Below are positions 38,146 to 50,175 of a DNA stretch of 64,000 bases, piece after piece; position 1 is the first letter of the stretch; the number at the start of each line of letters is the position of its first letter. The DNA comes from Eledone cirrhosa (lineage: Eukaryota): NCBI GenBank assembly GCA_964016885.1, contig OZ024742.1, positions 133,920,001 to 133,984,000 of the forward strand, written 5' to 3'. The notes below the pieces were generated by a model. The model did no database searches, was not told where the DNA came from, and saw only the letters and a program-made list of their open reading frames with translations. The position numbers and the translations under genes are program-made.

Positions 38146-38829
38146 TTACATAGATACCTTTCTTCTACCATCTTTTGTTTTATTGTATTTTATGTTTCTC
38201 ATCTCTCTGAACTTCCCTTCCTGTATGTAAGTAGAGATATATAATGAAATACGCCTTTTGTAACGTAATATTTGTGTGTGTTTGATGTGCTATATATAGG
38301 CAGATTTGATGCGTATATTCCGATTCCTATATCCATTGCATATGAAGGGCATTGATTAGAGAATCGAGCTGATTTTGACAGGTTAAGGATACAATCTGTT
38401 GTGATTACGTATGGTGACCTGAATTTCGATCACTTTCGTGAAGTAAACTTTCGCATATTACGCCAGTAGCAAACGTATTGTTATTAATCCACATGTTTTT
38501 TTACACTAAATATTTTATTCACTTCTTGAAATAGATTATAATATTTGAATGGTTTCATATATTTGAATGGTTTTCATATATTTACCTTTATTCAAGATAT
38601 GTTACTTAATACAATATTACTAGCAACATTCTGATTAGCTCATGATTAATCTGTAATTCAGATTAATTATTAACCTTTTCTTTGGTTAAAGCAACATAGA
38701 AATGCTCATGTCAAACACATTTATGACTTGTTGGTAGTTATAAAAAAAAATTATTATCAGAAACTATCATCACCAATGCGAAATGTGTATAATCTCTATG
38801 ATATATGGTTTGTCCTTTCCATTTGGTCA

Positions 38830-39700
38830 TATAATACCGGCGTGTCCTACCGATAGTTTCATTAAAAGATCATTCAGATGTTGATATTATATCCGCTACC
38901 AGATTATCCCTGCCTTAAAAGTAAAATGTAAATTCATATTATGGGAGAACACAATGGTGTAGTGAACTGTTTTATAAATGTGCAGGACAAACATAAAATG
39001 AAATTCATACTGTTTGACATAGGTAGCTACAACACTTCGATCTTCCGCAACCTTCTAAATAAAGCCTTAACCATGGCTAAAATATCTAACAACTTAAACA
39101 GAGCGGTAATTGATCATACACTAGGCAGAAGAAATACCATAATGGAGTTCCATGGGAGACTCATTACCCCTAAAAATGATTCCAATAATTTTGACATTAC
39201 TTTGGGTTTGAGTGATTCTGCTCATGTCACTGACTTAGTGGAAAGCTTCCTACTAGGACAACCTAAAATAGAACATTCCATTTTTTAAGGGGCCTCTAAC
39301 GCGGTGCTTTTCACCTAACCGCTAATAGGAATGGTAGAAACCTAGAAACAAATATAACACGCCTACACGTTTGCTTTAAATATATAACCTAACAAATACT
39401 AATAATAGATAGTAATCGTCTTAGATATATCATTTGATCTGGATTCATGGCTGCACAAACGCTTTCATAAACATTGTGAACATCTCTTCAACGTCAATAA
39501 TATTTCTAATCACCCTAGATCTATACTTAAATCCATTGTTAACGATGTATACAATCGGAGTGCTAGACTCCTTTCGAATGACGTCAGTTTCAAAAAGTGC
39601 GTGCTATACTAAAATGAAACATTGTGTAGATCAGACTATAACGAAATGATCCAACATATCATTAATCCTTTATAGAATAACAGAAAATGTATCACGTTAT
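38830..39700 (+). pseudogene. Old degenerate Hydra-type PLE RT remnant
   Basis: FILFDIGSYNTSI..LLNKAL and NFDITLGLSDSAHVTDLV align to the 820-aa ORF. Confidence 0.75.
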
Positions 39701-42479
39701 CTCGCATTGGATAACTTCATTTAAATCTAACTGAGCGGAAGGTTGAACCTAAATTAGACAACCATACGTTATACAACAATACGTCGGAGAACACTAGTAA
39801 ATATACAGCCAATCATGACCCTAATGCTAGTAGGTATAACATAAAAACTGTTGAAAGCTCACATCGTGGGGCCAACTTCAGTTAAAATACCTGAAATATA
39901 AGAGGCACTAACCATAATGAAAACAACAACAGAAATACAAAAACAAACTTTAACAAATATCCTAAATCAAATTCTTCCTCTAGTGACCTAAGCACAAAGA
40001 AGTGTAGGTCTTTTAACCAGCCTAGATATAAAACTAGCAAACCATGTATAGATTATATTGGGCAGAATTGCGGTATTCCAACTGATAAACCCCATTACAC
40101 CTGTGCTAGAATCGCGATAACACCGATCCTGGTGAATCTGTTGAAGATCTATATGCATTTACAATTCAAATATTAAGAAAACAATGTATAGTACGGTTAT
40201 TGTTTATTTATACATCGCTACGGACATTTCAACGCGACTAGAATAGCGCATTTATTTGTGGAGATAACTAGACGTTACAAGTTAAGTATTTATTCCATTA
40301 TGGGTGCTCTATTCAAACTGTATCTCTGCAGGAAATATATATAATAAATAATAAGAATAAATAAATTAATATCATAAGACAAGTTATCAATAATGATAGA
40401 GGATTCAAAGTAAGGTTCACTCAAGCATGCAATTGAAATGTTCAAGTGTAACGCATAAATTTGCGTATTTTTTCAGACATGCAAAATTATAAATTTATCA
40501 GTTTTTTTTCAGAAAGCATGTTAAAATATATTAAAGCAATGAATTTCTTTCAGCAGAGGTTGTTTAAAAGACCTTTTTTTTTGTAGATTTCGACCATTAC
40601 GTTCAGTTATTTAGTGCCTGGAGTAAAAATAATTTTATACGGCTGATATATTTCAAATGGGTTCTTTAGCAAGCATTTCGAAAGATGGCGTAACTTACTG
40701 ATGTGTATTTTCATACCAGTCCTTATATTGTTTCATATATATTATTTTAAGGAACATTTACGATATACTACTATTTGTTTTGATTTAGTTAATATTAAGT
40801 TAAATTTAAAATAATGTGCCCATATAACATTATTTAGCGATGTCAATTTATTTAAGGTTCCTTATATAAATATATTTATATTGTGTGCCCATTATCTTGA
40901 TAAATGTCCATATATTGTTACATACTTATTATTTTAAGGAACATTCAGGAAACACTAATGTTTGTTTTAATTTTGTACATATTTCATTAGATTTATATTA
41001 ATGTGTTTATACATGGCATTAGATCAAATAACAAACATTAGAAAAAACTATAGTCGTTCTTTGTATGTCATTTGTGAGTCAGGTTTTCAACTTTCCAAAT
41101 GTATCCTTATATAAATATATACAGACGCATATATGTATATATGTATACACACACGTTCACATTACATACGTGTGTGTCTATATACATATATGTAATATGA
41201 AGGATATATATAAAACATATAATAGAAATATACATGTACCTCTATAAATGATGTATATACTTACTTTTATAGATCCATATCAACATATTATTTGATACCA
41301 TATAAATATATATAAAATGTATAGTAATAGTATTATCAGTTATATTAAAACATATTAAATTATATAAAAATACACATAAAATAACGAGTACAAAGGGAAT
41401 AAAGAAACAAATATATAGAGAGGTAGAGGGAAATATATAGAGAGACAAAAGTTACGGAGAAAAGGAACAGAAACAGAAAATGAAAAGACAAAGAAATCGG
41501 AACAACACGAGGAAAGTAAGAAAATCGAAATAAAGTGCAAAAATATACAAACACAGTAAACGGAATAAAGGCATGGGGTCAGTCCATGTAGAGAACGTGC
41601 AAGAATGGGTAAACATAAAAGTTTGTGAAAAGATCATTCACTCATTTATGTATACATATATATATAGATACATATAGATAATCCCACATATATATAACCC
41701 ATCTATCAGATGTGTGATCTAGACGTATATTAATATTGTCTAGGGCCCTGAAACCTTTGGTAATTGAGTTATATATTGTGTTGTTCACTTTCTAATTAAA
41801 TAGCTCTGTTTTATACACAGAGCATGTGTAGTTGCTGTGTAGTTGCTAGAGAAGGTCTACTTATAAAAAAGAGGAAAGCACGATCGGGAGAAGAATTTCC
41901 TTCATCAGTTGTCTGCTGGGGATCATGGATATTTCTACACATTAAAGACAAGATATCTAACCCTAGTGCGTCAATAACGGCCGGAGCTCAGCCGTCATGG
42001 TCCTGATTATTTTCATATTACCCTCTCTACAACCCTCCATAATCCACATGGTATCTTACCACACTTTCTTTGTTTTATATATATATATATATATATACCA
42101 ACGTGTGTAAAAAACATTCACAATTTGAAATTCATACACATAAATGAATAAAAGGAGTAGGAGAAACTACTTATATAAAGAAAATGCAAGAATGGGAGGT
42201 GTAAATTGTGTGAATAGTCCATTTATACCCATATAGATACACTCACCGATCTGCAAAAAATATAAATGTGTATAGATTTACAGAAATATATAAATACAAA
42301 CACTCCCACTCAAATTTACACTTATGATTAATCTAAAGTATTAATAGTTGAGCGTATAAATCTTGTTGACTTTACTTCGTAATATAATTATGGGTATTAA
42401 TTACTTTTAAGTTATGTGTTATCATTTGAAGACTGGTAAAGATTTACATAGTTAAGTTTTCTAAGGTTTAGAATAATAG

Positions 42480-43320
42480 AACAATTTAGAGCATTTGTGT
42501 GGGCTTGTTAAGAGAATTTAGGACTTTCTGTTGAGAATGTTTAGATTAGTATTTTTAATATTTAAACATTTCGTAAGACATAAGCTACATTCTTTTGTTC
42601 TTCCTTGTTTTTAGGATTGGGCTACTCTTAATGCCATCCATTTCGTTGCGTATTCTATATTTTTGTTATATTTGAGGTGTCATGTATGTCTAGCTAATGC
42701 TGTTGATCTACTGAGCTATCTTCTTTTGAAAGAGTGGCGGCGAAAAATACTATCTAGAAGAGGACCCCATATATACTTTACTGCTCTTACTAGTGGATAC
42801 AATGCATTGGTAAATAATGTATTTAGTTATGCATTCGATTCGCCATTAGGAGAGGAAGTATCAAAGTTTCTACAGTAACTTTTGTTTTGTTGTTTTTAGA
42901 TATTATGTCACTAATTGCGTTTCATATGTTTCTATTTATTGGCGTTAAAGGGATTTGGAAGTTAAACATTTTGTTTTCTATTACTTCTATTTTATGGATT
43001 GGCAGTATCGGTAGACGGTCGACGCCATGCTTTGACGCATAGAGTAACGGCCCTTTCCATTCTGAGTTAAAATCCCGCCGAGGTTAACTCTCTCTTTCAC
43101 CTTACGGGGTCGATAAAATAAAGTACCAGTAATACACTGGTTAATTGCTGGCATTGTGCCAAAAGTAGAAACAATTATTAGTTAAGGAAAAATTAAATGT
43201 TTCTAATTTCCTATTGCTATTGGAAAGTAGGTAATTAGCTATGTTAGGGGTATTAGACTATGATATTTTTGTAGTATTTTTTATGAAAGATTGAGTGAAA
43301 GCAGTGGGTTGAAAGGAAAT
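42480..43320 (-). pseudogene. Old degenerate PLE GIY-YIG remnant interrupted by a SINE
   Basis: Minus NIEYATKWMALRVAQS..KECSLCL, NILNRKS.ILLTSPHK and YMGSSS resemble the endonuclease C-terminus of the 820-aa ORF. Confidence 0.55.
42995..43180 (+). mobile_element. Meta-type SINE
   Basis: Homologous to 16183-16368. Confidence 0.87.
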
Positions 43321-43917
43321 CTTTCACTAAGATATTAAATTATAATGTTGATATGTTGGTGACTAAGTTTTTGTTAAATGAAGGGTTTCATATAGTAGGT
43401 TTTCTGCTATTTGATTTACGAGTGTCTATTGATCTATAGTTTAATTTAGGAAGATTTTGGTTTTCATTAAGGGCGTCAATAATTTTATTAGTACCATATA
43501 CATTTTTATGGTTGCATTTAGATATATTTTAGTTTTTGGTGTTTATCATATTGTTGATAATGTTAGGATTTTGTTTTTTGTCTATTCTTATTTCGCTTTT
43601 GGTTATTTGTACTTATAAGCTGTTCTATGTTTTCAGATAGAATGATCCCGACTCTAAAACAGAAACCTACATTCAAATTATGGAGCAAATAAACAGGGGT
43701 ATTAAACTTGTTCACCAACCTCTAAAACAACAGTAAATTAAGATTGTTGCAATTTCACACTGATACACACTACTCATCTGTATCTTTAAATGTGTTCAAC
43801 AGGGCCCTAATTATAGCAAAGAGGACAAGCGATTTCACTAGATCTGAAATCATAATATAATAAATGGAGGCATGCTGATTATATATTTTTATCCTGTTAG
43901 TAAAATAAGTTGAATAA

Positions 43918-44110
43918 ATAATTGTTTCTAATTTAGGCACAAGGCCAGCAAATACCCAGTGCATTACTGGTACTTTATTTTATCGACCCTGTAAGGATGA
44001 AAGGCAAAGTTAACCTCGGCGGGATTTGAACTCAGAATGGAAAGGGCCGTAACTCTATGCTGCAAAGCATGGCGTCAGACCCCCTAACGATTCTGCCAAG
44101 TCACCGCCCT
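43918..44110 (-). mobile_element. Meta-type SINE, full length
   Basis: Reverse complement of the SINE consensus seen elsewhere in the window. Confidence 0.87.
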
Positions 44111-44196
44111 TTAAGTTAAATAAATAATGAATGAATATTACATAATTTATGTACTAAATTTCGCAGCTCTGTATTAAACATAAATATTCTTATATA

Positions 44197-44335
44197 TAAT
44201 TGTTTCTAGTTTTGGCACAAGGCCAGCAAATTACCCAGTACATTACTGTTACTTTATTTTATCGAACCCCTAAGGATGAAAGGCAAAGTTAACCTCGGCG
44301 GGATTTGAACTCAGGTCGTAAAGGGACGTAACTCT
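44197..44335 (-). mobile_element. Meta-type SINE, 5'-truncated
   Basis: Reverse complement of the B-box, central domain and tail. Confidence 0.85.
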
Positions 44336-44539
44336 TAATGATGGCTTATTTTAAAGATTCACTTCTTTTAACATTTTCAAATGTCAATACTTCCGGTTAT
44401 AATATAACGCACGCTATATTATAACGCTTATATAAACGTTCATATATTTGCATCGTTATATCATAACGTTTATATTGCGTATAATATCAATATGTACACT
44501 ACATATGCTAGCAGAAAACCACCCAAATGGTGTTTTTCT

Positions 44540-44880
44540 GCTAGTAGATATAATACTAACAGCTAGAAAATTTATAATAGAATTCGATGGCAACAATTGG
44601 ACACGAAAAAGCCGCCATGAAAATTTCAACATAACTATGGCTTCAAGTGATTAGGCGCAAGTCACTGATTTAGTAGGTATTATCTTTATAAATACACGTA
44701 ATGGTAGTCTCCCAGCCTGTAAATGGGGATAATGCTCTATTTGTCGTCAATAGAAATACGAGAAACATGGAGCCAACCAGAAAATACCTTGATAATTTCA
44801 TTAAAGAATGCAACCTAATAGCCACGATAGATAATAATAATAAAATAGTGAACTTTCTAGACGTTAACTTAACCTTAGAA
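44540..44880 (+). pseudogene. Degenerate Hydra-type PLE RT fragment
   Basis: ILTARKFIIEFDGNNWTRK..NFNITMASSD*AQVTDLVG and KIVNFLDVNLTL. Confidence 0.75.
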
Positions 44881-46526
44881 TATGTGGAAGTGTTGGTAAC
44901 GAGCCAGGCTCAAACACACGATAAAGTGGGCCTTAAGTGGGCTAATACTCTGCCAGTATTTAGCCATGGGCAATAGTATGTCACTATTTTAAGAGTGCGC
45001 ACACAGTCAGATGTAAAAATTAAAGTATTGAACACTGGTAAGCAGGAGAGGCGTGGTAATAAACCTGTGACAAAGAACATGGTATGCAAACAGCTATTAA
45101 GATAGTTATTAGCGATGTTGTAATTTGAAATGAAGTTGTAACTAATCATGTAAATAAAAAAGTGTGCATATTCTCTATATCGTTTTGCATTTGTATATAT
45201 TGTAAAGTAATTATGATAAAATATTGCGTAATGCGGAATATGCAATCATATATTAATCTTGCAGTTTCAGAATGATATTTGTGTAAAGTATTGAATAGAT
45301 TGTTATTGTATATTCATGTATCAATTATGGCACAAACAACAATAACATTTATATGCAATAGAAATGAAAATCATCTTCTTTTTTTTTAAATAGCTCCTCT
45401 TATTTTTTTTTCGTCCCTGAAATGTCCACGGGTCCTGCTTGTCTATATTGAACATATCATAATTCTGCTTGTGATTCCTATTTCAGTAACTTACGTTACA
45501 CCCTAGTAAATTACACACACTCAGATACACAGGTAATTACATAAACAGATACACAGGGAAGAGTGTGCAAACAAATACACACACACAAACAAACACACAC
45601 CCAAACTCATACACACAAACACACAGACACACCCATTCATACACACAAACACACACACCCATTCATACACACAAACACACACACACACATCTGATACATA
45701 TCCATGAATAGACACATTGTACAAAATAATTATTTCATACACACACATCTATGTAATGATTGACGGAGGGAGGGACTGGTGAAACGCTATAGCGATGGGC
45801 GTTGCAAGATTAACTACACATATGTGAGTGTATATGTGCGTGTGTGGGAGTGTATGTGTGTGTGTGTGTGTCTATTGTGTGAGTATGTATTTCTGCGATC
45901 TTATATTTATACACATATACATATAATTATATACATACGTATATGCATATAGTCACACACAAGTGTAATGAATTGTGTGTATGAATGTGTACAGGGACGT
46001 AAGGAAGTGAATGAAAAACAGAAGCATATCGTTTTAGAGCAAGGTAGCCTAAGACAATAGGAGAAAACGGATAATATCTAATTAGACGGACGTCTTTTAA
46101 ATAGCTCCTCTTAATGTTTTCGTCCTTGGTATTCCCACGTGTGAAGCTAGTATATTTATATTCCATTAGAAAATAAAAGAAACGTGTACATTAATTCAGT
46201 TTCCTTTACTTTCATATACTTCTATCAAAGAAAATGGAAATTACAAGCGAAACAAAAAAGTATAAGTAATTGCCAATGAAACGTAAAGGATTATATAATT
46301 GAAGAAACGTACATAAACATTGCTGAATATTTTGGAAATCAGCCAAATCTCATTTACTCTAAATATTGCACATTGTTAAAAGTATTGATTATATATTAAA
46401 AGGGGATTACCATTGTATAAATCATCAATCATTACGTACAATACATTGTGCTTGTATACACATGAATATATGAATGAGTACATGTTTATGCACATGATTG
46501 TATATGAGAAAGTGTATATATTTGAA

Positions 46527-46702
<176 letters not shown>

Positions 46703-47249
46703 CAGGCGAAAATATTATATTTTCTAGCCTGTTTTCGAGTTCCTGCAGTAAGCAGGGAGACACTAGTCTGAGAGCCAGGTCGAAGTGTACATACACGATG
46801 ATCCCTCTCTGCTTCTGCTGCCATCCGCTGGCCATCAGCTTTCAATATACATAGCTGGGCTTTCAAAACGTTTATTATGAAGCATACCTAATATCTTTAG
46901 AAATTCACGCGCGTGCGTTCACAAATACACACTCACACATACACACCATCACACGCACGCACACACACACATATATAAATGTATATATATATATTATCTC
47001 TTAGGTAATTATGTATATAAGTGTGAGTGTGCGTTAGAATGTTTTCGCTTATAAGCTGGCCGAATGTTTAAGACGCTGTATTTGTAAACATATACTTCCA
47101 GGTTAGATCCCCCAGCTTAGCTTCTCGGTCATGAGTCTCTCAACATAGCTTCCGCTTCGATTTAACAATATTTAGGTAATTCCTGTAAATATTACATGAC
47201 AGTACACTTCATAGAATACATTTATCAGATGTTCTGTTCTCTTCGGTCT

Positions 47250-47650
47250 CTTGAGGGTAGTGGGTGGAAGCAGAACTGGTTTATACGTTGCATAGTTTTT
47301 TGTGCATGAAGTTCGGGCATGTTCAGGGAGTTTGTTCAGTGACGGGCCCTTGGCAAATATTATTCATAGCTCTCCGAAATATATAGAAGGCAATACTTGT
47401 GTCCAAAGCATGAGCACGCTTTCTGAAGTAATTTCCATTTGAGCGTGAAAGGGATGGAGATCCTCTTGAGGTTCCAGTATGACACTTCGTGGTATAAAGG
47501 TCTTACGCGTGTGAAGAATCATGTACTACTCAACATCTGTGATGATGGTAATGTTCCTGGCAAAAGCATGTGCATCCATCTGTAGAGGCTCTGTGGTAGA
47601 AGCGTATTAATCTTCTATATCCAGTTGCAAACAACGTGTATTACATTTTG
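47250..47650 (-). pseudogene. Highly degenerate PLE RT fragment
   Basis: Minus DIED*YASTTEPL..AFARNITIITDVE..MILHTRKT resembles FDIDNYYSSI..KALIFAK..INIITHAR. Confidence 0.45.
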
Positions 47651-47832
47651 CAGGCAATCCTTGGAGCGAAGAGATTGCTTCAGAGGTTCTGCTCCAGAAT
47701 GGGAGAGTTGAGGTTGCATGCTGCGACTCCGAAGCAGGATTTAACAGAGAGACACAGCTACATTGTGGGGCGTGCTGAAACTACATTATTGTACATTCTA
47801 TCTTCTTATAGTAAGCAAAAAGAGAAGAACAA

Positions 47833-47881
47833 TTCTTCTTCTTCTTCTTCTTCTTCTTCTTCTTCTTCTTCTTCTTCTTCT

Positions 47882-47914
<33 letters not shown>

Positions 47915-47930
47915 TTCGATAGAGAGAGAG

Positions 47931-47996
<66 letters not shown>
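47833..47996. repeat. Compound (TTC)n-(TC)n-(GA)n microsatellite
   Basis: Direct inspection. Confidence 0.95.
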
Positions 47997-47999
<3 letters not shown>

Positions 48000-48234
48000 G
48001 TCATCGGAGTGTGGGGCAGAGTCTCAAATACTCCTTCCAGTGGATCCAGCAGCAAAGTCTCCGGCAGGATCTCCAAGCGTGACAAACGAAGCTCATGGAT
48101 GTTATCAAATTAAATACCAACAGGTTAAAAAACATTGATAATTACATTAATATGAAAAATAAAGATAAAAACAAAATTCTAAGTTTCAAATCCGTCAAGT
48201 TCCACTTTACTTTTCATCCTTAAAAAAAGTGTGG

Positions 48235-48975
48235 GATGGTCAGAATTGGTAGAGCGTTGGTAGAGTCAATGTGATTAGGATATTTGTTCAAGTTCTTTAT
48301 ATTCTCGTTTCAAATCTCGTCGAGGCCAACTTTGCCATTCATCCATCCGAGTTCGACAAAATAAAGTACTAGTGACGTATATAATGCTTTGCCGCATAGA
48401 GTTACGTCCTTTTACGTTCTGACTTCAAATCCTACTGAGGTTCGCTTTGCCTCTTATACTTAAGGACACGATAAAATAAAGTACCAATAATGCACTAGGG
48501 TCGATGTGTTCGGATTTTCCCTTCTATTCAAATTACTGGCCTTGTGCCTGAATCGGAAACCATTATTACCGAGGTTAGCTAGCCTTTAGACCTTGACGCA
48601 CTGGGGTCGATTGGATCGACTTTTCCCTCCACCAAAATTGCTGGCCTTGTGCCTAAATCACAAACGATTATGAATTCAAACACCGCCGAGGTTATGATTT
48701 ACCTCTCATCCTTACGTGGTCGATAAAATACAGTACCGGTTACATACTGGGGTCGATTAAATCGACTTTCCACTATCCTCAAAATTGCTGACATTGTGCC
48801 TTGGAGCTTGGCAGTATAGGTGGAGGGTCGTAAGGGTTACGGTGCTTGCCATTCTGAGTTCAAATCCAGCCGAGGTTAACTTTGCCTTTCATCCTTACGA
48901 GGTCGATAAAATAAAGTACCAGTAATGCACTGAATAATTGCTGGCCTTGTGCCAAAAGTAGAAAAAGTTATTACT
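48235..48975 (+). mobile_element. Tandem cluster of about 5 whole or partial Meta-type SINEs
   Basis: Repeated ttcaaat..cgagg..ctttgcc.ttcatcc..gataaaataaagtacc and tggccttgtgcc blocks. Confidence 0.85.
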
Positions 48976-49325
48976 ATTGATATTGTTATTGTAGTAATTA
49001 TTATTCCTCCAGATGTTGTTGTATTATCCATACGCTATCAATATAGTTGTTAACACAGTACTGTGATATTTATACAACCCAAATGGCATTTGTATGAGTT
49101 TTGACTGTTGAGGCTAGAATTAGTAGATTTGTAGACTATGATTTATAATTGGAAGTCGCAGGCAGGCGTTTGGGAGTAGCACGAGAGCATCTGAAAGATA
49201 GAGGTGTGTATGTATTCTTTGATCAGCGCTTAATTACATAAAGTTCCGTGTCTAAACAAACTTACAACGACTGATACATGCAATTGATATATACATATAT
49301 ATCAATATCACGTGTGATTGTATGA

Positions 49326-49396
<71 letters not shown>

Positions 49397-49467
49397 TGTG
49401 TGGATATGTGTATGTGTGTGGATATATGTGTGTGTGTATACATATTTGTAGATATATATATATATAA

Positions 49468-49600
49468 GTTGACATATGTTGATGCCCTAAGGACAGACAC
49501 AGGTCTGTTGGAGACGCAGGGCATGGCATCGATGTTGAGGAACAGAGACCGCTGCAGAGAACTCGTCCATGGTTCTGGGGAATTTTACCCGCCCTATATA
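49468..49600 (+). mobile_element. 3'-terminal LINE fragment (RTE-related)
   Basis: [27 protein letters not shown] resembles an RTE-group ORF C-terminus. It lies between (TA)n tracts. Confidence 0.4.
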
Positions 49601-49624
49601 ATTATATATATATATATATATATA

Positions 49625-49730
49625 GGAATGAGTAGGACCCCGACGGCTGAGCTCAAGCCGTTTCGACGGCTAATTCTGGACTAAATGTATCCTGGTATTT
49701 GAATAGCCGAACTTCTCAATGGGTAATTCC
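49625..49730 (-). ncRNA. Candidate type I hammerhead ribozyme, U3:A8 variant
   Basis: ggaat.accc.a-TTGAGAA-g..cggcta..tagccg.c-GAAA-cggct(tgagctc)agccg-TC-g.gggt..attcc, immediately followed by (TA)n. Confidence 0.6.
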
Positions 49731-50175
49731 ATATATGGTAAAAGTGATTGCCACAAGGAGTGGTCAAAAGTTTGTTGTTGAGACATAATAATTCTATCAT
49801 AGCAATTTGTGGAGGGGAAGGGGTAGCTGAACCTGCCAGTAGGAGAAAGAGGGAGAGGGGGTGGAGGAGACCCAGTCATGCGTTGATAGTGCCGACTACA
49901 GCTGGGCATGAGGTCAAAGAAGATACTAGGGAGGGGGAGGGGGTAAGTCGAGACAATAAGTAAAACAATATGGGGTAAATATATAGAAAAATACCGAGAG
50001 TGTTAAAAAGCAATTAAATGTCAAATGCCCTTTAAGAGTTTCAAAAATTATTATTATTATTATTATTATTGCATTGGGTAATTGCTGGCCTTGTGCCAAA
50101 AGTAGAAACAATTATTATTATTATTGTTCTTTGAGTTTCAGTCATTGATGTTATTTTATTATTATTATTATTATT

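Noticed and set aside
40720-41010. Diverged ~190-bp-period direct repeat (similar weak pairs at 61670/62215 and 45390/46100)
   Set aside because: Old AT-rich local duplications with no further structure. Not CRISPR-like or otherwise interpretable.
41860-41920. Minus-strand CTGATGA followed by an aggaaa/tttcct helix
   Set aside because: No GAAA and no stem III/I partner follows, so the hammerhead is incomplete.
47885-47996. (TC)n followed by (GA)n forming a hairpin
   Set aside because: Common compound microsatellite.
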